The notes under the pieces are model-generated. The model saw only the letters and a program-made list of their open reading frames with translations, was not told where the DNA came from and ran no database searches. A stretch of DNA of 62,943 bases, filler included, from Basidiobolus meristosporus CBS 931.73 (taxonomy: Eukaryota; Fungi; Basidiobolomycota), in NCBI GenBank assembly GCA_002104905.1. It is 4 parts of 4 records of this genome, joined end to end, with 100 filler letters (N's around TTAATTAATTAA, not from the genome) between each part and the next. Parts side by side here need not be neighbours in the genome. Positions count along the whole stretch, not along the records: positions 16,554 to 39,981 come from MCFE01000966.1; 3 more parts are not named here. One strand, 5' to 3'. Shown piece after piece: positions 25,223 to 37,400 of the stretch (positions are counted from its first letter, which is position 1; every line of letters starts with the position of its first letter). The position numbers and the translations under genes are program-made.

Positions 25223-27170
25223 GTGCATCCTGGCACAGCAGCAAGAATTACTCCAGATCCTTAGCCAGCAACAAGGAATGAGTTCCATTACCCAGAGCCA
25301 GCAAAGCCCTGTCAAGAGCAACTTTGGTATATAGGTCAACCAGTATCATGGTAGAGTCAATGAAAACCTGAGAACTTTGCTCTTTCAAATTGAGGGGGCT
25401 TTCAAAGAAATTACCCCAAATGCAATTTGCATTATGCAACTTCTTACTTAGCAGATGCAGCTTTACAGTGTCACCACTAAAACATCTGGTCAGCCACTTT
25501 GCTGGGATGCTCCACTACCTCTACCTGAGTAAAGTTTGTCTCAGAAACTCAGAATGCTTTTGAGCCTTCACACCAGTAGACACTATCCAGATAAAGATAA
25601 CCAGATAAAATGGAATTGTTCAAGAATACATCTATGAGTATAGATCTCTACTTGGACAAGTTGAGAGAATTGTGCCCCTGGATTAAGTGGAGTACTTTAT
25701 TGATGAGTTGCAAGAAAGAATTTGCATGGAATTAAATGGTAAAGACCTTAGACTATTGAAGAAGCTATTGAGAATACCATTGACTATAATTCAGCTATGT
25801 TTGCAGTTGGAAAGCCTACAGTGACTGCCCAGAGAAGCTACAATCACTATGAAAGATAACAATTAGAACTAGTATCAGTGGATATAGACACTATGTAGAA
25901 GAATCCCAGCTCAGAAGCATGTAAGAAGAGAAGACTTTGTTTCAACATTTAGAAGCTGCAAATTTGACCATCAGGCCCTGTAAGTCACTTTGGGGCACCA
26001 GTACTTTTAGTTCAGAAGAAGGATGGATTGCTAAGGATGTTCATTGGTTGCAGAGTCCTGAACTCAGTTAATGTGAAGATTATGTATGCCATACTGCAGA
26101 TTGATAAGCTTTTGGAATAGCTTAAAGGAGCCACAAAATTTAGCAAAACTAATCTTGTGACAGGATATAGTTAGATTTGGGTGAAACCAGAGGATATCCC
26201 TAGTACAGCTTTCAGGACCAGATATGGGCATTAGAAGTACTTGGTTGACATTAATGACTTTAATGTATACCATCTTCCAGCAGTATTTGGACAAGTGTGT
26301 GGTAATCATTCTAGATGATATATCAATACAGTGCAAGACAGAAGGGGACCACTTGATGCACCTTGATTGGGTCTTGAAGAAGCTAGGCAAGAGAAAGCCA
26401 AATAATAAGCTACTAAAATGCAAGTTCCTCAAGAAACAAGTTGAATATTTGGGACACAAAGTGACTAGCACATGAGTAAACTTAGACCCCAAGAATAAGT
26501 ATACCTGACTTCAGAAATGACTTTATCTCTGCACAGGTGCTTCAGATTATATACTAGATGGAGTACTGGGCCAAGAGTATGAAGTAAGGGAATGTCCAGC
26601 TCCTTTGGAATCCCAGAAGCTAAACTTGCAGAATAAAACTTCCCAGTGAATGAGAAGGACATGATTGCCATAATATACAGCTGAAAGACATGGAGATGCT
26701 GCATTGAAGAAGTTAAGTGCACTCTGAATACTGGTCATGCCTTATTCAGGTATATACTTACTCAGAAGGTACTATCTGGATGAATAACAACATGTAGTGA
26801 GTACATTCAGCAATCTTACTTGGAGATTCCCCACTACCCTGGGAAAAAAATGGTTACTAACACCTTATCAAGACAAGAACCAGTTGCACAGCTTAACCTT
26901 GTGCTCAAATCATATTGGCCCAGCTTATCACTAAGCTACTTGGAGGAACAAGCCATTCCTAATGAGGTGGATGCAGATACCAACAACATAATCAGAAATG
27001 AAGCCAGTGAACTTATAGTACAGCATGAAACATTCTACCAAATTGTTGATGAAAGCTCTATTACATACTGCCCATATGCTGCTTGCCTGCATTTAAGGCA
27101 CAAGCTATACAATGAATATGGACATATAGAAATTGAAGGAACTCATTGTTGTAATGTTAGACTACTTGGT
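25223..27170 (+). mobile_element. Decayed Ty3/gypsy remnant (gag, RT, RNase H)
   Basis: AFRTRYGH*, QYLDKCVVIILDD, FLKKQVEYLGH, EKDMIAII motifs with stops. Confidence 0.75.
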
Positions 27171-27223
27171 ATCAATTAGACGCCTAAAGCTTACTCCATA
27201 AACCTGGACTGGTCTTGGTCACT

Positions 27224-27690
27224 AGACTTTCTCTGTTGAATAGTGCCATATAGTGCCAGCTTGTCTATTGTACTGGATTGATCTGGCACTTTACAGCACC
27301 AGCTGGCACTCAAATCTCTACCATAGTGCCAGTGATTGGATACAGTTACTGATAACTTTACTCATCTTACTTATGCTGCTCAGAACAATGCTTTTCTTGC
27401 TTTAGTTACTCTTCACAATGCATCAGACATACTTCTCTCAGTATGGTCTTCTTGAAGGAAAATGCTCTGCATTAATAAGTATCTTGACTATGTTACATAT
27501 TTTGCTTTTTTCTCCTCTATACAACTTACCCCTGTAGTTACCTGCCAATATGCTGAATCTCTTTAGATATCCAAAGGTATGCTCTACTCTTACTCTGAAA
27601 TGGTTTAATATCTCATTGTAGAGCTTATTCTTTCTGTTAAGCACACCATTCCTTGGCTTTCTATTGCTAAGTTCACTTGTGTCCAATAAA
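27224..27690 (-). mobile_element. 3' end of a PHIS-superfamily (DDE_Tnp_4/IS5-like) DNA transposon with terminal repeat
   Basis: ORF 27438-27686 RKPRNGVLNRKNKLYNEILNHFRVRVEHTFGYLKRFSILAGNYRG fits the DDE_Tnp_4 C-terminus. Terminus act|agactttctctgttgaatagtgcc resembles the MITE TIR. Confidence 0.65.
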
Positions 27691-28031
27691 TGGAATTGAC
27701 TAAACTGAAATCCAGTCTGGCAGATGGCAGCTCACTGGTCTGGTTGCCTTTTTGATTCTGAGTGGCATGGGTTATCCATTTGATTGATGTACTATGGTTG
27801 AATAGCTATGTTTTTCCAAGTACTTGGTCTAATTTGAATTTTCCCATTATGTAGACCTTTAGGTCTTCTTCATAGTTGTTGGTCTTTATTCTTACTAGCT
27901 GAGTGATGCAGCTGATTATATGAGAGCTCCCATCAGCTGTTGAGACTAAAATTGATTCAAGCTTTCAAGGAAAACTACTCTGAGATGTACTTGTGTGATG
28001 CCCCTGAGTCAATCACAATCTTGGGAGGTAC

Positions 28032-31000
28032 TGTTGAAATATTGGACTATTTGGGATAATTCAGCAGCTAAAAATTTACTTAACAATTCTAGACTAGTCT
28101 TAGTCACTGTAGGATTCATTTACTGCCTTAACTTTGCCACTTTCTTCAGATATACAATCTTATGATTATTCCCTATAGTCAGGATCAAATTAGCACTATT
28201 ACCAAACATTATGTACTAACCCTGAAACTGTTACAGAATGCTCCTGAATATTGAGAAACCCTCCCTACTTAGTGTTGCAGCTGTATTACTTCTACAAGTG
28301 TATAAATAGTGAGTTTCTTTATGAATAAACAACAGTTCAACTATTATCACTACTTCTTGATAAGTTCCTTATATCCAAATCACTTCTTAAATTGCAACAG
28401 GTTATGAGCCCCAATTGCCTTAATCAATTCTAAAGATGACTTTTACCAGCAAACAAAGCAATACCAACATCTTCCCTGTAAAGGGGAGGTTTGATGGGAA
28501 GAACTACAGACTTTGGAGAATCAAGATGCAGATCCACCTTGAGGAAAGAAAGCTTTGGAACATAGTAACAGGAAAGGAAGTTGAGCCCAAAGGAACAGCA
28601 GAAGATGTGGAGAAGTTTCAAGAGAAGGAGAGAAAGGCCTTCAATGCCATATGCATCAATGTGCAAGACTCCTTCATTGGACAAATCCATGCCTCAAATA
28701 CTGCCAAAGCAGCATGGGAATCCTTAGAGAAGATCTTTAGAGCAAAGTCAGTATCAAGCAAGCTTTATTTGAAACAAAAGTTCTTCAACATGAGCAAGAA
28801 GCCAGATGATGACATGCTACAACTCATTACCAGAATGGAGACACTTGCAGAAGAACTTCACAGTATTAATGCTGGTGTAGATGATGAAGAAAAGATACTC
28901 TGTCTGCTTTGCAGTCTACCAGACAAGTATGAGCCACTCATACTTTCTTTTGAAAGCAGAGAAGAGAACTTGACTCTAGACTATGTCAAAGGAAGACTTC
29001 TCCATGAAGAACTCAGACGTAATGATCAAGCAGAGAAAGTTGAAGATAATGCTTTATTCAGTTCAGAAAGGCATACAGAAAAGAAGGGAAAGCAACAAAA
29101 CCAAAGAAAACCTGGCTGCTGTAACTACTGTAAGAAGCCAGGACACTGGGCAAGAGAATGCAAGAAGAAACAAGCAGACAAAAAACAGAAACTAGAGCAG
29201 GCAAACCATATAACTACTGATGAACAGTCATTTGTAACTGTGCAAGAGAGTGCAAGTAACCAAAGCAATGAATGGTATATTGACTCTGGAGCATCACAGC
29301 ATATTTGTGGTATAAAGGATTGGTTCAGCAACTTAAAGACTATTCCTGTAAGAAAGGTTTATCTGGGAGATAACTCTGCATTGGAAGCTACTGCCATTGG
29401 GTCTATACAACTAAATATGAGTGATAACTCAGGGGCAACAACAGCAAAACTGACTGACGTACTCTATGTACCTGGAATAGCTAAGAGCCTACTCTCAGTC
29501 AGTAAAGCAACTTCTCAGGGACTGAAATTCATTTTTACTAAGCTGAGCTGCTCAATATTGAGTGAAAATGAACAAAAATTAGCTTTGGGAACCAGAGATC
29601 ACAATATATACTAGTAACAATGCAAGATCATTGTACGTGAGTATGTCAACATTGCTAAAACTGATGAAGCCAACTGGGAGACGTGGCATAGGAGGCTAGG
29701 ACACATAGGGGAACAGAAAATGAGCCAATTGGTGAAAAACCAGCTTGTTTTGGGCCAAAAATACGCAATTTTGATCAAATTGAATGTTTGTGAGGGATGT
29801 TCATATGGCAAACAAGCTAGACAATGTTTCAAGAGCTCAGAAGGCATCAATACTACCAAAATATTGGCTATTGTACACTCAGACATATGTGGCCCCATAA
29901 GAACACTGTCCTTTGGAGCCAAGAGATACTTTATGACGTTTATTGATGACAAGACAAGATATACAGGGGTGTACTTCCTCAAAACAAAGGATGAAGCTTT
30001 AGAGACGTTTAAGCACTTCAAGAACATGGTAGAAACACAAACCGGGTGTAAATTGAAGGTACTACAAAGTGACAATGGAGGAGAAAACTGCTCAAAGGAG
30101 TTTGCAAAATACTGCTTGTCTACTGGTATGCTTCAACAGACCACAGTTCCTCATACTCCACAGCAAAGTGGAGTAGCAGAACGTGCAAACAGAGCAATAG
30201 TAGAGATGGGAAGATCTATGCTATATGATAAGGGAATGGACTACAAGTTTTGGGCTGAATCTGTTGCTACCACTGTATACATCAAGAACAGATACCCAAC
30301 AACAGCACTTTGTGATTCTACACCCTTTGAAGCATATACAGGCAAAAAACCAGATCTTCAGCACCTCAGGATCTTTGGCAGTGATGTTTTTTATCACATC
30401 CCTGACAAAAAACGCTCAAAGTTGGAACCAAAGAGTAGGAAAGGGATCTTTTTGGGTATTGTGAAGATACTAAAGGGTATAGAGTGTATGATGGCAAGAT
30501 TCAGAAGCTGATCAAGAGCAGGGAAGTTGTATTTGAGGAGATTCAGATCAGAAAGCCACGGAAATCATTGGCCAGCTGCCTGATGATGCAATCAACACAA
30601 ATGAAGAAGATACGTACCAAATCCAGCCAGAGATGGAAGATACTTCTACCAGTTCCAGATCAGAGCAGATTATCCCAGTTAGGAGATCTACCAGAATAAG
30701 AAACGCCCACGGATCCTGGTGGCAGATATCCAATGATCATGAAGAAGCATATCTTGCCTTATGTGCCAAACCTCAGAATCTGGAACAGGCAATGCAAGGT
30801 CCAGATGCTACCAAGTGGCAACAAGCCATGCAGGAGGAGTACCAATCACTGATCAAGGCAAAAATGTGGGAACTGGTAGATTTGCCAAATGGGAGAAAGC
30901 CAATAGGATGTAGATGGGTCTACAAGATCAAGATAACCTCAAATGGCGCTGTTGATAAGTACAAGGTGAGATTGGTAGCTAAAGGCTATTCCCAGATCCA

Positions 31001-32713
31001 GGGACTAGACTTTAAGGAAACATTTGCTCAGGTTGCCAAGTTTAACTCTATTAGGACAGTTCTAGCCCTGGCAGCTGTACACAGTCTAGATCTACACCAA
31101 ATGGATGTCAAAACAGCCTTTCTAAATGGGGATTTGCAAGAAACTATATATATGGAGCAACCAGAAGGTTTTACCAATCCAAAAGACCCCCATAAGGTAT
31201 GCAAGCTTAGAAAATTGTTTTATGAGCTTAAGCAGGCACCCAGAGCATGGTATAACAAGATTGACACATATCTAGAGGAAATTGGGTTCTCTCATAGCAC
31301 TGCAGATCACAGTATATATGTGAAACAGCTCAAAAAGGGTGTGATCATCCTAGTTCTTTATGTGGACAACCTAATTATAGCTACAAGTGATCAAGAGGCA
31401 CTTTAACAGATGAAATCAGATCTCTTCAGCAAGTTTGAGATGAAAGATCTTGGAAAATTGAGCTATTTTCTTAGAATTGAGATCAAATTTGACACACCTA
31501 CGCAGAAAGTTGTGCTGAATCAGTCTAAGTACATCAGGGGCATTTTTAGACGCTTCAAAATGGAAAATTGCAAACCTGCAGCAACCCCTATGGACAGTAA
31601 GCTGAAATTAAGCAAATCTCAGCCCGTTATAGATGAAAATGGCTCAAACATGGACCAAAACTTTCCCTATCAATCAATGGTTGGTAGCCTAATGTACTTG
31701 ATGGTGTCTACACATCCAGATATTGCGGTAGCAGTTGGAATAGTCAGTCAATTCATGCAGAATTATGGATCAGATCAAATTGCAGCAGTTAAGCGGATTT
31801 TCAGATATCTACAAGGTACCATAAATATGGTACTGGAATACTCTGGAGCAGCTAATAGGCAAAAATTTGATGGTTATAGTGATTCAGATTGGGGTAGGGA
31901 TCTGATTGACAGATGCTCTATCACAGGCTATGTATTTCTTTATGCTGGTGCAGCTATTACTTGGAATTGCAAGAAACAACCAACTATGGCACTATCTACA
32001 ACTGAAGCCAAATATATGGCTGCATGTCAAGCAACTAAGGAGGCTATATGGCTACAAAAATTATTCAAAGACTTAGGTTTTAATTCAGGTGAACCAACAT
32101 GTATTTACAAGGATAATCAAAGTTGTATTCCATTAGCTAGAAATCCTACTAATCATGCCAGAACTAAGCACATTGATATACAGCATCACTTTGTGAGGGA
32201 AGCTGTAGAAAATAACTTAGTGGAGCTGGTTTACTGCCCAACTGACAAAATGGTGGCAGACATATTGACAAAACCACTAGCTAGGCCACAGTTTGAGATC
32301 CTTAGAGAGAAATTGGGATTAAGAAATTATTTAGTTGAGGGGGAGTGTTGAAATATTGGACTATTTGGTGTCATTCAGCAGCTAAAAATTTACTTAACAA
32401 TTCTAGACTAGTCTTAGTCACTGTAGGACTCATTTACTGCCTTAACTTTGCCACTTTCTCCAGATATATGATCTATGATTATTCCCCTATAGTCAGGATC
32501 AAATTAGCACTATTACCAAACATTATGTACTAACCCTGAAACTGTTACAGAATGCTCCTGAATATTGAGAAACCCTCCCTACTTAGTGTTGCAGCTGTAT
32601 TACTTCTACAAGTGTATAAATAGTCAGTTTCTTTATGAATAAACAACAGTTCAACTATTATCACTACTTCTTGATAAGTTCCTTATATCCAAATCACTCC
32701 TTAAATTGCAACA
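28032..32713 (+). mobile_element. Full-length Ty1/copia family B element, inactivated
   Basis: 368-bp LTRs at 28032-28399 and 32346-32713 (about 11 differences by hand); TSD GGTAC; PBS GGTTATGAGCCC at 28400-28411; PPT gagggggag at 32337-32345. Gag knuckle CNYCKKPGHWAREC, DSGAS, HSDICGP, YVDNL, YSDSDW. Stops at 29612 and 31404 plus frameshifts near 30460-30600. Confidence 0.95.
28436..32351 (+). pseudogene. Copia B gag-pol polyprotein, disrupted
   Basis: ORFs 28436-29614, 29720-30511, 30633-31406 and 31410-32351 give gag-PR, IN, RT and RNase H in order. Confidence 0.9.
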
Positions 32714-33199
32714 GGTACTTCATCAAAGACACTATTCAAGTATAATAGTCCTTGTGAGTTTAAGATCATTTGGGATAAGTACTCATTTGTTATATGGGGG
32801 TGAGCTCTGAGTCTTCTTTAAGTTCATCCTCCATATTGCTATGCTCCTGGGCTTCAAATAGTTGAATATATCTGTTGACTAATGTCCAGTTCATCTCTGA
32901 GTCCAGTACCTTGAGATGTGTCCACTCAGATGGCAATGCATTAATGTCCTTTCTTCTATTACAAATTCCAAGCTGCTGTTATTATGACAGTCTCTAAACA
33001 GGATCTTGACGGCTGATCCAGATTGGATCCACCTGCAGGACCAAATTATTTTTCATAGGGTTGTGGCTGATGACTCTTTTAGTTGCATCATCATTACCCA
33101 GTTAGATTGTGCTTAATATATCTATTCTTGACTGATAAGGATCAGCTGATCCATCTGCTGACTATTACCACTGATTTGATAGACAGCACTGAGTTGCTG

Positions 33200-33825
33200 A
33201 TAGACTTATCATAAAACTAATTGACTTGACTTAACACTGATGTAACTCAAACATTTAAGTGGCAAATAGTGTATTGGTAGTGAGAGCTTTGAGGATATAA
33301 TGCTACTTATTACCAAGGTCATTTTGGGATACAAATTATCTGGTAGATGGTACAAATGGACAACTGTCATGCAGTTGGCAGCAAATGACCTGGAGACCAT
33401 TCTGACATTGGCATGTGTTGACAGTTCTATGGCATTCACATCAGAGAATGCCACCATTGCAAGATGCTCAGCTAGTCAGGAATCCAACATCATAGAAAGA
33501 AAACATCATATGTGTTCCAGATATATTACAGCAATACCACATCTGAGGAGGTTCATGCATTCCCACAAATGCTGTGAGGTTATAAAATACTGCATTTAGA
33601 ACCAATCAAGCACAAGTATTTCCATTATATTTGAATGCAAGCATTACAAACAACTAATCAGCAAGGGCTGCCGGAAAGGTATGTATTACCAGGCCTTGCC
33701 TTGGTACTAGATGGATTCTTGTTGAATAACCACTCTACCAGTACATTATGCAGGCCTCTGAAATTTGTCAACCTGCATCTGCTACCAATTTTGAAGTATC
33801 AGAGCAGATATCTAATGGTACACTA
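33200..33825 (+). mobile_element. Third fragment of the CMC/EnSpm-like element
   Basis: YKWTTVMQLAANDLETIL..AFTSENATIARC matches the 18462-18743 and 487-684 segments. Confidence 0.6.
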
Positions 33826-33830
33826 CTAGT

Positions 33831-34454
33831 TGTTTTAAGAGTCTTGGAGCTATTGGAAGTGATTGGAAGGACAAGTAGATTATGTGGTTTTCACTTAATG
33901 ATTTATTGAATGTAAAAGTAGTATTTATGCTTTTACCTGGTCTTGGCATTACAAACACGTAGAATAGGCTAAGGAAGGTACCAAGAACATGTGTGCAAAG
34001 TTTGGGGCCGTTTGGACAACTTTGAGAATTTTCATGTTCTGGGTACCTGGTATTTTGGTGAAAATATTCTAAGTATATCCCAACAAGGGATTTGGTCAGT
34101 ATTCTCTAGGGTTTGAAGGTGATGATCTAAGTGACTAAGCTAGGTGAATATTTGGTGGAAATACAAACTTTTATAACACTCCCTCTCAGCTAGATGCTCA
34201 TACTGACTAGTGCTAATTTTGAACTAAGATATTCAAACTTGTCTCTAGCTAATGGTTTGGTAAATATGTCTGCAATCATTTAATTTGTAGGACAGTAAAC
34301 TACGCTAACTAAGTTATTCTCTATAGCTTCACGTATGAAATGATGTCTAATATCTATGTGCTTGGTTCTAGCATGAAAAGTTGGATTTCTACCTAATTGT
34401 ATACATCTTTGATTATCTTGAAATAGAGTAATAGGCGTTTTTTGACATAGGCCT
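33831..34454 (-). mobile_element. Older copia A 3' LTR (33831-34178) and RNase H end; left host of copy 1
   Basis: Reverse complement of the family A 3' end with substitutions. Confidence 0.85.
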
Positions 34455-37400
34455 TGTTGTAAAAATTCGTATTTTCCACCTAAATATTCACCTAACTTAG
34501 TCGCTTAGATCATCATCTTCAAATCCTAGAGAATACTGACCAAATTCCTTGTCGGGATTTACTTAGAATATTTTCACCAAAATACCAGGTACCCAGAACA
34601 TGAAAATTCTCAAAGTTGTCCAAACAGCCCCAAACTTTGCACACATGTTCTTGGGACCTTCCTTAACCTATTCTACGTGTTTGTAATGCCAAGACCATGT
34701 AAAAGTATAAATACTACTTTTACATTCAATAAATCATTAAGTGAAAACCACATAATCTACTTGTTCTCCCAATCACTTCCAATATCTCCAAGACTCTTAC
34801 AACAGGTTATGAGCCCCGAGCTGTCACTCTCTGCAATGTCTACTACTGCTATTACTGGAATTTTTCCCTCTGCTGAAAAGTTGGATGGATCTAACTACCA
34901 AGTGTGGAAGGTGAAGATGAAGATGCTGCTACAAGAAAGAGGCCTTTGGGATATTGTCATGGGAGAAGAATGCCCTCCTAAAAACGTGGGAGAGGAAGCC
35001 TTAAAGTACCAGAAGAAAGAACAAAGTGCCTTTAACTGCATTTGCCTTAATGTCAAGGACAAATTGCTAATTCAATGCTCAAGAGCAAAAACGGCAAAGA
35101 ATGCCTGGAAGGCATTAGAAGACACCTACCAGTCATGTTCAGCTGCCAAGAAAATGTATCTGAGAAGAAAATTCTTTACTACAAAGATGCTGCCAGGAGA
35201 AGAAATGAAAAATCTAATTAACAGAATTACCCTGCTGGTAGATGAGATGGAATCTGTGGGCGTACCAACTACTGATGAGGATGTGATAGTTACCATCCTG
35301 AATAGCCTGACAGACGAGTTTCAGGGCCTTGTATCAGCCCTAGAGTCCAGAACTGAAGATTTGACCTTAAATTACGTATATGGAAGGCTCCTGGATGAAG
35401 AATTAAGAAAATCAAGCGCCAATAAGAAGGAAGAAGAAAATGCTTTAATAAGCAATGATAACCAACAAAGGAGGTACCCAAGACCCTACAAAGGCAACAG
35501 CAACCTATTTTGCAACTACTGCAAAAGGAAAGGACACACATCAGACCGGTGTCTCAAAAAGAGAGATTATCAGCAAAAGAAGCCTGAATATGGAAATGCT
35601 GCAACAACTGAAGATAGACTATTCATATCTGCACTAAATATGACCACAAACAAGGATTCTCAGACGTGGTATATTGACTCTGGAGCATCTCAACACTTTA
35701 CACACCAAAAAGAACTTTTTACCCAATATCAAGAAATTCCAATTAAGAAGGTTTTCATGGGTGACGATAGAACACTTGATGCAGTGGGAGAAGGCACTAT
35801 CCAAGTAAACCTTAGAAGCAGTGAAGGAAGCCATACACTGACCTTTAAAGAAGTACTCTATGTACCAGAAATAGCCAAGAACCTACTCTCTGTAAGCAAG
35901 GCCACAGCAGAAGGACTCAGTTTCAGTTTTAACAATTCTGGATGCAGGATCACTGATCAAAATGGTGCTCATATTGCTTCGGGCATCAGAGATCAGAACC
36001 TATACAAGTTGACTTATATTCCATCATATCTGGAAGCCAATATAAGTAACTTAAATGAAGAAACACCAATGCTTTGGCACAGGAGATTTGGACACATCAA
36101 TTTTGATTATCTTGCATAAAATGATCAAAGATCAGCTAATTTCTGGAGTGAAAATTGATCCCCCAGCTATTTTGGAGCACTGTGAAGCCTGCATATATGG
36201 GAAACAAGCCAGACAACCGTTCAAGAGCTCTGGGTTAATCAAAACTAAGAAAAAATTAGATCTAATTCACTCAGATCTGTGTGGACCTATGCAAAATTTA
36301 TCCTTAGGCGGGATGAAGTATTTAATCACTTTTATTGATGATTATACAAGATACACATGGGTCTACTTCATGGAGAGAAAGGAAGAAGCTCTGTCTAAGC
36401 TCAGGGAGTTTAAAGCCATGGTGGAGAGAGAAACTGGTGAAAAAATCAAGAAAATACGCTCTGACAATGGTGGAGAATATACCTCAAAACTCTTCATCCA
36501 CTTCTGCAAAATTCATGGGATAAAGCAAGAGACTACTGTACCATACTCCCCACAGCAAAATGGAGTAGCAGAACGAGCTAACAGATCAATAATTGATATG
36601 GCAAGATCTATGATCCATGATCAAAAATTATCCTATGATTTTTGGGCGGAATCAGTTGCCACTGCTGTATATCTTAAAAATAGGAGTTATAACAGAATAC
36701 TTCGTGATTCTACTCCATTTGAAGCATGGTATGGATACAGACCAAGTGCAGAACATCTAAGAATATTTGGGTGTACAGCATATGCCAAAAAACTGGCCGG
36801 AAATCAGTCAAAATTTGAGCCAAAAAGTGTAAAATGCATATTTTTGGGCTACTGCAATGAGAGTAAGGCATACAGACTCTACAATACCAAAGCAAAGAAG
36901 CTGATCAAGTCCAGGGATGTGTTGTTTGATGAAAATTCAAAATTTTCACAAAAAATGACATCAGATGATGACGAAAATTTGATCTCAAGTCCACCAATTG
37001 TCAGGATTGAATCAGAGCAAAACAATGAAAATTTTTTCACTCCAGAGGACTCTACAACCGTGGTTCAGCCAGAATCAGTGCCCAGGAATATCCCAGAAGT
37101 GATCATTCCAGTATCAAATGCCCGGAGATCCAATCGGACAAGAAATAGCCCAAATTACTATATTAATGAGGGTACAAACTTAGCCTATGCCTATTCAGTC
37201 CATATTGATGAACCCCAGACTGTAAAAGAGGCCCTAAATAGCCCTCAGACAAAGTTTTGGAGATCTGCAATGACTGAGGAATATCAGGCCCTGATGGAAA
37301 ATCAAACTTGGGACTTAGTCAAATTACCAATCAACCGAAAATCAATTGGATGCAGATGGGTCTTCAAGACAAAATACAAGGCTGATGGTACAATTGAAAG

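Larger units (their letters stand above)
27720..33060 (-). mobile_element. Decayed gypsy gag/protease remnant split by the copia B insertion
   Basis: Removing 28032-32713 plus one GGTAC gives minus-strand GLLYLNSVFDEVPPKIVIDSGASHKYISE..STADG..VLGKT*L..IKW (gypsy aspartic protease). Confidence 0.7.
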
